From contig CAWCFT010000005.1 of NCBI GenBank assembly GCA_963794945.1, positions 32,001-96,000 of the forward strand: a DNA stretch of 64,000 nt, read 5' to 3'. The stretch is from Endomicrobiales bacterium. Its GTDB lineage: Bacteria; Elusimicrobiota; Endomicrobiia; Endomicrobiales; CAWCFT01. Numbering within the stretch: the stretch's first letter is position 1; the number at the start of each line of letters is the position of its first letter. Positions 21,622 through 32,573 of the stretch are shown here, piece after piece. The position numbers were made by a program, and so were the translations under genes. Under the pieces are notes generated by a model. The model ran no database searches. It was not told where the DNA came from and saw nothing but the letters and a program-made list of their open reading frames with translations.

Positions 21622-22649
21622 CTATTCTATGTTCAACACAGTGCCTTCGTAAACTGAAATGTCTTCAGATACTTTTGCACCGTAGCCTATTATGCAGTTA
21701 TCAAGATTAACGTTCTTTAAGACTTCAACGTTTCCCCACAATATAGAATTCTTTATGTTAGCGCCGCTCAATATCTTTGAATTGTCGGCTATGGTTGTAT
21801 ATTCTCCTATTACGGCGTTTTGGCCTATAAAACAATACTCTCCTATGACGGACGGCGCTTTAAGTTTGATATTTTTTCCCAACACTGTGCCTTTTCCAAC
21901 CCATATACCCGGCTTGATCTGCTCTCCGGGGATACACATCCTTATCTTTCCATCCAGCGCGTCGCGGATTCCCTGCCTGTACTCAGTAAGATTCCCGACA
22001 TCTGTCCAATATTCGTCCATCAGATATCCGTAGATCCTCTTTTTTTCTGAAGAAGTCTCGGCCACAGCTGCATGCCGAAATCGTAGAACTGTCCTTCGGG
22101 AATGTAATTGAATATTTCCGGTTCAAATATATATATGCCAGTGTTAACTGTGTTAGCGAATACGTCGCTCCACCTGGGTTTTTCAATGAATTTTAGTATT
22201 TTACCAGATTTATCGGTTAAAGTCACGCCGTACTCGAACTTCGTGTCCACTGCTTTAAGCACCATCGTTCCGAGCGCTTTTTTGGACTTATGGTATTTAA
22301 TTGCCTTGGTCAGATCTATATCCGTAAGACCATCCCCGGACATAACTATGAACGTTGTATCTAGGTAATCCTGCATCTTCTTTACACCGCCGGCAGTGCC
22401 AAGAAGTTTCTTTTCATAAGAATATGATATCTTCATGCCAAAAGGCGAGCCATCTTTAAAATAATTTTTTATCATCCCGGGGTAATGATGCAGGTTCAAA
22501 ACAACGTTATATATCCCGTGGCGCATAAGATTTTCAAGAGTATAATAAATGACCGGCTTATTGACAACAGGCACCATTGGTTTCGGTATCGCATACGTTA
22601 ACGGTCTAAGCCTGGTTCCTGCTCCTGCTGCCATGACAAATGCTTTCAT
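21622..22649 (-). CDS. NDP-sugar pyrophosphorylase (mannose-1-phosphate guanylyltransferase-like); frameshift in the A7 tract at ~22040-22046
   Basis: [17 protein letters not shown]-terminal hexapeptide repeats in ORF 21622-22065; one extra A restores QKKKRIYGY. Confidence 0.85.
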
Positions 22650-22697
22650 AATACAATCCTATACAATGATTTAAGCAATCAAATATGATTACAGATA

Positions 22698-23751
22698 TTA
22701 CAATTTGGAATACTTACTTATTCGTGTTCCGTTCCCAAGCGTTGTTTTACAACTTACCACAGAATTAGCTTCAACGACACAGTCTTTGCCTATTATTACT
22801 CTATCCATTCTTACACCTTCGCCGATGTGGGTGTTATCCATAATAACTGAATCCGCAATTAAGCATCCTTTACCGATCTTCACGTTGTTTCCCACGCAGA
22901 CATTGCCTTGTATTTGTACACTATCGCCGACAGCTACATTGTCTCCGCAAACCAGACGGCCTGTAAGCTCGATGTCTTTACCCCATTTCAGCTTTGTGCC
23001 TACCCAGAGATTGTCTTTAACCATCTTACCCGGCAGCTGAAAATCGATATTACAGAGCATCATATCGAAATGCGCCTGAAGATATTTTTCAATGGTCCCG
23101 AAATCCATCCAGTAGCCTTTAAATGTGTAACCGTAAATCCCCGCATTATCTCTTAATAGATTCGGAAAAAGTCCGCGTTCTACCGAATAGTTAATATTAG
23201 CTGGGATATAGCTTAGAACATCGGGTTCAAATATGTATATACCGGCATTTATGGTGTTGCATGTCACCTCGTCCCATGAAGGTTTTTCCAGAAAGCGCTC
23301 TATCCTGCCATTTTTATCCGTCTCAACTAAACCGTACACTGTAGGGTCTTTTACCCTAGTAAGGGCAATGGTAACCTTAGAGTTTTTATTTTTGTGGAAT
23401 TTGTACATTTCGCTGATGTTCACGTCCGTCAAAATGTCACCGTTAAATATTAATGTGGGAGAATCGATATACTTTTCTGCGTTTTTAACGGCGCCTCCGG
23501 TACCAAGCGGGTCTTTCTCATGCACATACTTGATCCTTAAACCATATTTTTTCCCGTCCCCGAAAAGTTTCTCAAACTCGTGTGACATATATGCGACGCA
23601 AAGAATGACATCTTTAATGCCATATTTTTTGAGCAGCCTAAACTGATACTCGAGAAAGGGCCTGTTCAATATTGGCAAAAGAGGTTTCGGAGTACTGCAA
23701 GTAAGCGGTCTAAGGCGTGCCCATTCCACCGATAAGGATCAATGCTTTCAT
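22698..23751 (-). CDS. NDP-sugar pyrophosphorylase (mannose-1-phosphate guanylyltransferase-like); frameshift near 23716
   Basis: True start MKALILIGGMGT at 23751 joins RLRPLT..PKPLLP after a 2-bp correction; LGTGGAV, EKP, hexapeptide tail. Confidence 0.85.
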
Positions 23752-23764
23752 TTCGTGCTCCGTT

Positions 23765-24691
23765 CTAATATATTGTGTTTCTAAAGTAATCTATCGTGAT
23801 TTTAAGCCCTTCCTTAAGAGATAAGCTTGGCTTCCAGCCGAGTACTATTTTAGCTTTTTTATTCCCAAGGAAACTATTAAGAAGTTCTCCGGGACGCGCC
23901 GGTTTATAGACCGGCTTTTTCGAGTAACCCGTGATCATTTTCATCTCATTGAATAGAGCATTTACTGACGTTGCATTCCCAGTTCCTATGTTAACGATTG
24001 TATTATCCGCTTTTTTAAGTGCCTGTACATTAGCCGAAACAACGTCACCTACAAAAACATAATCTCTACGTTGTTTTCCGTTCCCGAATATCATCAACTT
24101 ATCATTCTTTAACATCTTTTCTGAAAATATTGCCACAACTCCTGCCTCGCCATGGGGGTCCTGCCTGGGGCCATAAACGTTGGCGTACCTGAGCACGGTG
24201 TACTTCATTCCATATATCTGTGCATAAAATCTTAGATAGAACTCAACGGCATATTTAGTGATACCATAAGGCGACAATGGTCTTGCCAAAGCGGTTTCGT
24301 CAGGGGCAATAGCGGGGCACTCTCCGTAAATTGTTCCACCCGAGGAGGCAAATACTACTTTTTTTACACCGTAATCTTTTGCGCTTTCTAAAACATTAAG
24401 TGCACCGATAATGTTTATGTTTGCGTCATATTGCGGATCCTGCACCGACCTCCTGACATCTATCTGCGCAGCATGATGGCTTACAATGTTTGGCTTTACA
24501 TTTTTAAAGATAGCTCTAACTTTTTTTCTGTCTGTAATATCCGCAAGAAAGAATTTGGCTTTCTTGTTTATGTTCGCCCTTTTTCCTGAAGTCAGGTTAT
24601 CCAAAATTACAACTTTATGGCCTGAATTCACATATGCATCAACTATATTCGAACCTATAAAACCTGCGCCACCTGTTACAATAATTTTCAT
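23765..24691 (-). CDS. NAD-dependent epimerase/dehydratase (UDP-glucose 4-epimerase-like)
   Basis: TGGAGFIGS, YGITK (YxxxK), YANVYGPRQDPHGEAGVV. Confidence 0.9.
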   Translation of the reverse strand: MKIIVTGGAGFIGSNIVDAYVNSGHKVVILDNLTSGKRANINKKAKFFLADITDRKKVRAIFKNVKPNIVSHHAAQIDVRRSVQDPQYDANINIIGALNVLESAKDYGVKKVVFASSGGTIYGECPAIAPDETALARPLSPYGITKYAVEFYLRFYAQIYGMKYTVLRYANVYGPRQDPHGEAGVVAIFSEKMLKNDKLMIFGNGKQRRDYVFVGDVVSANVQALKKADNTIVNIGTGNATSVNALFNEMKMITGYSKKPVYKPARPGELLNSFLGNKKAKIVLGWKPSLSLKEGLKITIDYFRNTIY

Positions 24692-24733
24692 ATGCCTACT
24701 CCTCTTGATTTTGGTTTAAAACCTTGATGAAAC

Positions 24734-26113
24734 CTAATATGCACCTTTCTTACTGAATATCGCCGGTAATGTTCTCATTAGTATTAATAGGTCCAATCCT
24801 ACAGACCAATTCTCAATATAATATATATCCAGCTCGATCATCTCTTCATAACTCAGTGATGCTCTGCCGGATATCTGCCAGAGGCCCGTTATGCCTGGTA
24901 GTATCCTTAAACGCCTCTTTGCCCAATCATCATATGCTTTTGCTTCCCAAAGCACCTGAGGTCTTGGACCAACTATACTCATATCTCCTTTTAAAACATT
25001 TATCAGCTGAGGAATCTCATCTATACTAAACCTTCTGAGTATCTTCCCAATTTTTGTAACTCTGGGATCATTCGACATTTTGAATACTGGGCCCTTTCGT
25101 TCGCTTTTCTCTTTAAATTTTTCAAGCAGATCATCAGCATTAGTCACCATAGTCCTGAATTTATAAAAATCAAATATCTTTCCACGGTACCCCATCCGTT
25201 TATGGTGATAAAATAGTGGGCCTTTGGAGTCCATTATTATCAAAAGCATTACCAAAAGCAGGAATGGCCATATCATCGAGAGTATAACCGTCGAAATGAC
25301 CAGGTCAAGAGTCCTTTTGAAATAAAAATTGAACCCGCTAAACGACACGGACCTTAAATGAAATATTGGTATCCCAAATGAAGAGTCTATTATTACTTCC
25401 CCTTTACAAAGCTGGACCATATCGGGAACGAATTTGAGCTCAACTGATCTATTTTCACACCAGTCATAAAAATCCATCAGGTTCTGCTCGCTCCAACTGT
25501 GATGGACGAATATTACCTGACTTATATCCTTTTCCTGTATGAGCCCCTTTATCTTGTCAATTTTGTCAGTATCTGATTCAGGGAAAAAATACACTTGCAG
25601 GTTAGGCTGCTTTCTAAGTACGGACTTTAACATCTTATTGCCCTGGCCAATGATCAATACATTTTCCCTTTTTAGTATACTGCGGAGCAATATTCTCGCT
25701 GCCAGCTTAAACACTTCCCTGCAAAACATTATTAGAAATATCAGGAACAACCAGAATAGCAGGAAGGTTAGCCTGGAATATGACACTTCCCTATAAAAAA
25801 AAGTAGTCATTACGATAAAGAAGATACCGATCGTGACGGCTTTCACCACGCGTACGAGCTCATCAAGAAAAGGGATGAAATAAGTTTTATAGAAACCATT
25901 CTGGTAAAAAACGAAAACAAGAAGCGGTATAATATATAGCAGCGCCCCAAGATAGAACTGTTCCGACGGCACGCCTTTTGTTACAGGGAATATATCTGTA
26001 AAGGATGTAAAGAACCGTGTATTATAAGCCAAATATAACGCAATACAAATTGATAATACGTCAAAAAACAATAAAAACAATTTTAAAATAACTCTTGATT
26101 TTTTAAATTTCAT
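24734..26113 (-). CDS. Polyprenyl-phosphate glycosylphosphotransferase (WcaJ/WbaP family priming sugar transferase)
   Basis: N-terminal TMs; KRTLD, YKFRTM, DPRVTKIG, SIDEIPQLINVLKGDMSIVGPRP, PGITGLWQ. Confidence 0.92.
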   Translation of the reverse strand: MKFKKSRVILKLFLLFFDVLSICIALYLAYNTRFFTSFTDIFPVTKGVPSEQFYLGALLYIIPLLVFVFYQNGFYKTYFIPFLDELVRVVKAVTIGIFFIVMTTFFYREVSYSRLTFLLFWLFLIFLIMFCREVFKLAARILLRSILKRENVLIIGQGNKMLKSVLRKQPNLQVYFFPESDTDKIDKIKGLIQEKDISQVIFVHHSWSEQNLMDFYDWCENRSVELKFVPDMVQLCKGEVIIDSSFGIPIFHLRSVSFSGFNFYFKRTLDLVISTVILSMIWPFLLLVMLLIIMDSKGPLFYHHKRMGYRGKIFDFYKFRTMVTNADDLLEKFKEKSERKGPVFKMSNDPRVTKIGKILRRFSIDEIPQLINVLKGDMSIVGPRPQVLWEAKAYDDWAKRRLRILPGITGLWQISGRASLSYEEMIELDIYYIENWSVGLDLLILMRTLPAIFSKKGAY

Positions 26114-26209
26114 AGATTAGATTACGGTTTCCGCGCCTTTTATATGTACAGCTTATGTATTAATGCTTCTTAATATCTAACTCACATTGAGTTAATAATA
26201 TTACATTTT

Positions 26210-28051
26210 TCATGAAGAAAATGCAACTTCTTTGACGTTTTTTAGGACATCTTCTACCATAACTGCTTCCATGCACTTGTTATCCTCACACCCATATTCA
26301 AAACCGAGATACAAGCACGGACTGCAACTCATGGCAGACCTGACTACCCTGCACTTGTCGCCTCTCGGTCCCCATTTTGCCGGGTCCGTTGGGCCATGGA
26401 TGGCGACCACCGGCCTATGCAGCGCGCAAGCCAGATGCATAATCCCGGTGTTGCCGCACACTACCGCTTTTGCTTTTGATATCACTGCAGCAACTGTTAG
26501 AATATCGCACGGAGGAAGCAGCTTGGCGTCAGGACCAATAGCTGAGACTATTTTTATATTGGAACTAAGCTCGCTTTTTGTACCTGTTACAAGTACTTTA
26601 AAACGATAATCACGTGTTAATTTCTTTCCAAGCTCGATATATTTCGCAGCAGGCCAATGCCTCTGCGCCCCGTGCTTAGGTGTTTCCGGATGCATAACAA
26701 TAAAAGGTTCATTATCATCCATGTATATCATCTTAAACAGATCTTTTGCCCGCTGGTTTGCTTCTTCTGTGATGTTAAACTCAAGCCTATTATCGGCGGC
26801 TGATATCCCGAGAAGAGTCAGCAATTCAAGAAACGTGTCAACCTCATGCTTAGTTCTGCTATGGACAGCATATGAAGAATAATTATAGTGCCTGTACTGG
26901 CCCTCTGTCTTGAAACCTATTCTCGCACTTACTCCGCTCAGGACTGCAAGCAGTGGAGATAGCCTCAACCACTGATCGAAATCGATCGCGATGTCATAAA
27001 GCTTTTTGTCGAAAACTGAAAATAATGATAGCGGATTAGACGCTATTTTTTTTATGTCACACAGAATTATTTTGTCAACGTACTGACAGTTCTTGAATAT
27101 TTCTCTATTTATTGACGTACACAGGACAGTAATTACAGCTTCAGGATATCTTCGTTTTAAGGCCCTTATTGAGGGTACGAGCAGTATCGAATCCCCCATT
27201 GCGGAAAGCTTAATTACGAGAATTTCATTAAGTCTGGCTGGAATTTCTTTTTGTTTTTTTATGACCAGTCCGGATAACCAAACAGCCGGCACCCCAATAT
27301 AGCGGTCAATCAACTTAAACAGATTATTTCCCCTGCCGCTGTTATTTTCGCTACCGAACCTTAACCTCAGCGCAAGGAACACAGCTTCAAATATTATCCT
27401 TTTTGATATCTTTGACACCCCCGCTACCCTGTCAACAAATGTTATAGGCAGCTCTTTAAAAGTGAACCCTTTATTAAGAGCGATATATTTAAGCTCTAAC
27501 AGGAATGAATAACCCTCTGATTTTATCTTTGAATTCAAGAATGTTTCAACAAGCGATCTACTTAAACCCATAAAACCGCTAGTGCAGTCATTGATTGGCA
27601 TACCTACTACCGTTCTAGCATAAGCATTCCCGATACGGCTAAGCAATTTTCTATTTAAAGGCCAGCCTTCCACGCCGCCTCCTTGAATGTATCGAGAACC
27701 TATGCTAATGTCGAATTCATCTAGTTGCTTATCAAGTTCTGGTAAGTATTTAGGCTGATGCGAAAAGTTTGAGTCCATCATAAACACCCTTTCGTAACCT
27801 TTTTCTACTGCCCATTTAAAACCCAGCATATATGCTGACCCAAGGCCTAGCTTCCCTTCTCTTGAGATAAGTGCAACCCTGGTATTATTTCTGTACCTAT
27901 TTTTTACAGTTATAGCAGTGCCGTCTGGTGAATTGTCATCGATAACCAGAATATCATATTCCGGTTTTAGCATGAGCAGTTCATCGACCAGCTTTTCAAT
28001 GTTCTGGTTTTCGTTATATGTGGGAAGGATAACAAGCCTTTTGACACTCAT
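26210..28051 (-). CDS. Fusion of a GT2 polyprenol-phosphate glycosyltransferase-like domain and a GT9 heptosyltransferase-like domain
   Basis: N-half ILPTYNE, IDDNSPDGT, GSRY, GYSF; C-half IKLSAMGD, GNTGIMHLA, HGPTDP..WGP, CSPC. Confidence 0.85.
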   Translation of the reverse strand: MSVKRLVILPTYNENQNIEKLVDELLMLKPEYDILVIDDNSPDGTAITVKNRYRNNTRVALISREGKLGLGSAYMLGFKWAVEKGYERVFMMDSNFSHQPKYLPELDKQLDEFDISIGSRYIQGGGVEGWPLNRKLLSRIGNAYARTVVGMPINDCTSGFMGLSRSLVETFLNSKIKSEGYSFLLELKYIALNKGFTFKELPITFVDRVAGVSKISKRIIFEAVFLALRLRFGSENNSGRGNNLFKLIDRYIGVPAVWLSGLVIKKQKEIPARLNEILVIKLSAMGDSILLVPSIRALKRRYPEAVITVLCTSINREIFKNCQYVDKIILCDIKKIASNPLSLFSVFDKKLYDIAIDFDQWLRLSPLLAVLSGVSARIGFKTEGQYRHYNYSSYAVHSRTKHEVDTFLELLTLLGISAADNRLEFNITEEANQRAKDLFKMIYMDDNEPFIVMHPETPKHGAQRHWPAAKYIELGKKLTRDYRFKVLVTGTKSELSSNIKIVSAIGPDAKLLPPCDILTVAAVISKAKAVVCGNTGIMHLACALHRPVVAIHGPTDPAKWGPRGDKCRVVRSAMSCSPCLYLGFEYGCEDNKCMEAVMVEDVLKNVKEVAFSS

Positions 28052-29226
28052 TATTTGATACCGTTAATTATAGTACTCATCTCTTCTATCCTGGTTTCCC
28101 AAGTAAATTTCTTTGCAGCCGCTATCCTTTCTTCCCGCAATGCTGAGTCATTTTCTTTCAAAGCTTTTTCTACGTTGTTTTCGAACTCTTCGTTGTCTTT
28201 AGAAAAATATGCAAGTCTGCTGAATTCCTCGAGTGCCGCCAGCTTTGTTGATACTACAGGTTTCCCAGAAGCCAGATATTCAAAAAATTTCATCGGGAAC
28301 ATATTCCTGGTATATTCGTTGATCTTGTTCGGCAGAAGGCATACGTCAAACCCTTTTATATATCCCGGAAGATCTTCATATCTCTTTCCACCCATAAGAT
28401 GGATATTTTTTTTAGCAGCAATACCGGATATGTCAGCCGCTTTTTCACCTTCACCTGTTGCCCCTATCATGATTATAGACCACTCGGGATGCCGTGACGC
28501 CAGATATTCAATCAGATCAAAGTCAAGCTTGTACCCGCTTACCGCGCCGATAAAACCGAGCCTGGGCATATTTATTTTCGATATTTCCGGATTCACCTCA
28601 GTTCTGCTATCCGAGGCCTTGCTGAAAAGGTCATAATCTGCGACGTTAGGCATATAATATACAGAACTTGAAAATCTTTTTTTTTCTACAAATAGCGACA
28701 TCGCCGTGACAAATGTGATATCAGCTCGCCGTATATATTCCTCCTCCATCTTTTTAACTACTTCACCCGGGATCCTCGGGTTGGCCGACAGCTCATCCAC
28801 GCAATGATATACACTCAGCTTCTCGTTCCATACACCTAGAAATTCCACAGCATTAGGCACATAGCTCCAGATGATAGGGTCACTAAATTTCAGCTTTGCA
28901 ACAACATATTTTAGCTGTAATGAAAGAAAAATATGGTTAAATATCCTTACAAGAAGGAACTTATGAAAAGGAAGCACGAGGGGCGAGAATACAAACAGTG
29001 TACCGGATACATTTCTTACTCCCCCCAACCATTTACCTATACGTTTGAATATCCGGCTTAAGTCCTTCTTCTGTAAAGCGGGCTGGCGCAAACCTAGAGA
29101 TTCAATAAAAAGTACCCTGTTCTGCTTGGAGAACCGCTCCATTAAATGGTGTTGGTTAGTCTTGTACGGGTTATCCCACTCGGCAAAACCGAAACAAATA
29201 ATATTATTATTGTAGATCATGTTCAA
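28051..29226 (-). CDS. Glycosyltransferase (GT-B, TuaH-like)
   Basis: YHCVDE, PNVADY, FPMKFFEYLASGKPVVST. Confidence 0.85.
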   Translation of the reverse strand: MNMIYNNNIICFGFAEWDNPYKTNQHHLMERFSKQNRVLFIESLGLRQPALQKKDLSRIFKRIGKWLGGVRNVSGTLFVFSPLVLPFHKFLLVRIFNHIFLSLQLKYVVAKLKFSDPIIWSYVPNAVEFLGVWNEKLSVYHCVDELSANPRIPGEVVKKMEEEYIRRADITFVTAMSLFVEKKRFSSSVYYMPNVADYDLFSKASDSRTEVNPEISKINMPRLGFIGAVSGYKLDFDLIEYLASRHPEWSIIMIGATGEGEKAADISGIAAKKNIHLMGGKRYEDLPGYIKGFDVCLLPNKINEYTRNMFPMKFFEYLASGKPVVSTKLAALEEFSRLAYFSKDNEEFENNVEKALKENDSALREERIAAAKKFTWETRIEEMSTIINGIK

Positions 29227-29231
29227 TGATA

Positions 29232-30324
29232 TTAGTAATTATTCAAAGCGTCTGCAACAGTTTGAATCTCATCTGCTGTCAGTTCCGGGAACATAGGCAA
29301 TGAAAGTATGTGTTCCGCGCAGTTTTCAGATACTATGTACCGGCCTTTCTTTAAATTCAGGTCACTGTATGCTTCCTGCAGATGCACAGGCACAGGGTAA
29401 TGGATAAGCGTTTGTATACCTTTTTCTTTGAGATAATCCGACAGTTCATTTCTTTTCTCTGTTTGTATTACATAAAGGTGGTAAACATGCTTGCGGTCAG
29501 GTGCTTCTTTGGGCTTCGATATTTTTTTATTCGTGATAAGTTCATCGTACAGCTGCGCGTTCTTCCTGCGGTCATTGTTCCATTTATCAAGGTATTTCAG
29601 CTTAACCCTCAGTACTGCCGCCTGTATCTCGTCCAACCTGGAATTAAACCCTTTTATCTTGTGATAATACCTCTTTTCCTGGCCGCCGTTCCTGAGCATC
29701 TTTAGTTTTTCAGAACATCGCAGCATCATTTGTTGTGATCATACCTCCGTCTCCATAACAACCAAGGTTCTTACTGGGGTAAAAGCTGAAAGTGCCAAAA
29801 TCGCCGATACTTCCGGCTTTCCTGCCCTTAAATTCGGCGCCATGAGCCTGACAGGCATCTTCTATAACCGTTATTTTATTTTTTTTTGCTAAAGCCATTA
29901 TCGCGTCCATATCAGCGCATTGCCCGTAAAGATGCACAGGTATTATAGCCTTGGTATTCTTTGTGATAGCTTTTTCGATGTTCTTTACGTCCATAAGACA
30001 GTGTTCGCTATCAACATCGACAAAAACCGGTTTTGCTCCGGAGAATGTTATAGCGGATATAGTAAACACCGCAGTATTGGGCACAGTTATTACTTCATCG
30101 CCGGGGCCGACACCGGCGGCGACAAGAGCAATATGGATCGCTTCGGTACCAGAACCCACGCTAATAGCGTGTTTAGTATTAATATAAGAAGCGAACTCTT
30201 TTTCAAAACTGTCATCCTGCTTTCCAAGGATAAACCAGCTTTCTTTGAATACGGCAGATATCGCCGCATCTATCTCTGTCCTTATGGAATCATATTGCCG
30301 CTTGATATCCGAAATAGGTATCAT
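29232..30324 (-). CDS. DegT/DnrJ/EryC1/StrS PLP-dependent sugar aminotransferase; frameshift near 29714
   Basis: PVHLYGQ, EDACQAHG, FSFYPSKNLG in the 5' ORF; GFNSRLDEIQAA, HVYHLY, LSLPMFP in the 3' ORF. Confidence 0.88.
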
Positions 30325-30335
30325 GTTTAATCCTT

Positions 30336-31322
30336 CTACCAATAATTATTTTTGTGTTTTCTATAATATTCGAAAGTCTTTTTTAATCCATCTTCTATGC
30401 TTATTTTAGGCGACCATCCGGTCGCACCGCTAAACTTCGAATGATCAGCCACATAATCTCCTATCTCTATCTGCTTTGATTCTTTTGGGAATGGCACTGT
30501 CTCATAAAGGCCGCCGTTAACTTTTATCATCAATTTAACTATGTCTGTAAGGTTTATTGGAATACCACCTATATTGTAAACATGCCCATTCGTTTTTTCG
30601 TCCGACATGGCCACAAGCATAGCCTCTACAACATCGTCAACATAATTTGTATCCCTTATCTGCTTGCCGTCACCAAATATTTTAACTTTGGTCCCATCGA
30701 TGATCTGCCGGACAAACCAATTTATTATGCCCTGCCTATGATGTTTCATCTGATGCCTAGGACCATATGTGTTAGTCAAACGAAGCGAACAGCTCCTTAT
30801 CCCATAGACGTTGTTGTAAAGTATGTGATACCACTCGCCCGCCATGTTATTGATACCATTAACATCAGTTGGGTGCATCAGGTGCTTTTCGTCCACGGGA
30901 AGGTAATCAGCTTTGCCGTACTGCCCCCTTGTTCCTGCAAACAATATCTTAACGGAAGGGTTGTATTTCCTACATGACTCAAGTATTGAAAGCTGGGCAA
31001 CGCAGTTTATTTCGAGATCCGTAAATGGGTCTTTCATGCTATCCGTATGGCTCAATGTTCCGGCGAGGTTAAATATGCAGTCTTTGTTCTGCACAAGGTA
31101 GTTCATGCTTGAACGGTCGCGAACATCGGAAATATTTACTTTAACCTTATTTTCTATGCCATTAATATTATAAAGGTTGCCACCGTATTCAGGGAACAGA
31201 GAGTCAATAAGGGTGATCTCGCAACCCATTTCGACAAGCCTATAGGCGAGCGTACTGCCAATAAACCCGAGCCCGCCCGTAATTAGTACCTTTTTCCCCT
31301 CGTAGAACTCCGCATAGTTCAT
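30336..31322 (-). CDS. NAD-dependent epimerase/dehydratase
   Basis: ITGGLGFIGS, LRLTNTYGPR, RDTNYVDD. Confidence 0.88.
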   Translation of the reverse strand: MNYAEFYEGKKVLITGGLGFIGSTLAYRLVEMGCEITLIDSLFPEYGGNLYNINGIENKVKVNISDVRDRSSMNYLVQNKDCIFNLAGTLSHTDSMKDPFTDLEINCVAQLSILESCRKYNPSVKILFAGTRGQYGKADYLPVDEKHLMHPTDVNGINNMAGEWYHILYNNVYGIRSCSLRLTNTYGPRHQMKHHRQGIINWFVRQIIDGTKVKIFGDGKQIRDTNYVDDVVEAMLVAMSDEKTNGHVYNIGGIPINLTDIVKLMIKVNGGLYETVPFPKESKQIEIGDYVADHSKFSGATGWSPKISIEDGLKKTFEYYRKHKNNYW

Positions 31323-32521
31323 TGCTTTTTCTCCAGAACACTTTTATAGACATCTATCGTGTTTTTCGCCATACTACGCAGGCTGAATTTTTCTTCAACA
31401 GCTTTTCTCGCTGAAAGTCCTATTTCCTTCTGTAGTCTTTCATCAAGCAGCAGCTTGATAATTATTGATTTAAGCTCAGGCAAGTTGTTCCTTTCATATA
31501 TATAACCGGTCTTGCCGTTATCAATCACCGTAAACACAGAACGCACATCAGATGACACAACCGGTTTAGCACAAGACATTGATTGAGGGATCGTAAGGTC
31601 ATATCCGTTCTCTCTAATCGTAGAATTCACAAAAACCCTTGCGCAGCTCAGCACCTCAGGGAGGTCTCTGTACTCGATTCTACCGAGAAAAATAACCTTG
31701 TCTTTAAGGCCAAGTTTTTTTGTAAGCCTTTCAAGCTCACTTTTATACTCTCCATTGCCGCCAATGAGCAATTTTGCGGCGGGCACTTTCTCTAATATAT
31801 CCGGCAGAACTGATATTAGGTTCTGAACGCCTTTCTCCTTCTTAAGCCTTGCTATAGCGACTATGGCCTTATCTCCTGATTTTAGCTTATACTTCTCCAT
31901 TATTACATCATTCAAGGGATTCGGCACGAACAGCTCATCATCGATCCCGTTATAAACAAGCTTTAGTTTATCCGGCTCTATTCCGTAATACTTTCTGATG
32001 GTATTGACCTGTGAATCACTTGTGGCGATTACGGCATCACACAAACGAATTAACTTCTTGTCAAAAACAAAATAGTTGTAAATATTTTTTACCAGCGACA
32101 ACATTGACCTCGGGTCAAGCCCCAGCCTTAACTTGGTCTTTATCTCATCGATGGATGTTCCGTGCAGCGAAAGCACTATCGGTATATTCAACTGCTTATT
32201 GAGGCCTGTTCTTAATATCTGGTATGCACCCGCGCTCTGGCTGTGAATAATGTCGAATTTCTCTTTGTTATGCAGTACCGCGAATTCTGCTGCACTTCGT
32301 TCATAAAAGCCCCATTCGTACTTACCCGGCATTGTACCTTTAAGATAATGGATCTTAACACCCTGCCTGTTCTCAAATTCAGTACCAAGAGGGTTCATTG
32401 TGGTTATTATCGTAACATCAACGCCGCACTTAACCAGCTCCTTGGAAAGGGTCTCGATATGAAGTTCCATCCCGCCCATTGAATGCGCCGGTAACGACCT
32501 CGCGAACATACAGATTTTCAT
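31319..32521 (-). CDS. Glycosyltransferase family 4
   Basis: GGMELH, VYNGID, RLKKEKG, GT-B C-terminal domain. Confidence 0.88.
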   Translation of the reverse strand: MKICMFARSLPAHSMGGMELHIETLSKELVKCGVDVTIITTMNPLGTEFENRQGVKIHYLKGTMPGKYEWGFYERSAAEFAVLHNKEKFDIIHSQSAGAYQILRTGLNKQLNIPIVLSLHGTSIDEIKTKLRLGLDPRSMLSLVKNIYNYFVFDKKLIRLCDAVIATSDSQVNTIRKYYGIEPDKLKLVYNGIDDELFVPNPLNDVIMEKYKLKSGDKAIVAIARLKKEKGVQNLISVLPDILEKVPAAKLLIGGNGEYKSELERLTKKLGLKDKVIFLGRIEYRDLPEVLSCARVFVNSTIRENGYDLTIPQSMSCAKPVVSSDVRSVFTVIDNGKTGYIYERNNLPELKSIIIKLLLDERLQKEIGLSARKAVEEKFSLRSMAKNTIDVYKSVLEKKQ

Positions 32522-32573
32522 TGAATTATTTCCTTATAATATGCATAGCTGCTTTGTACTTTCGGTATCCTTA

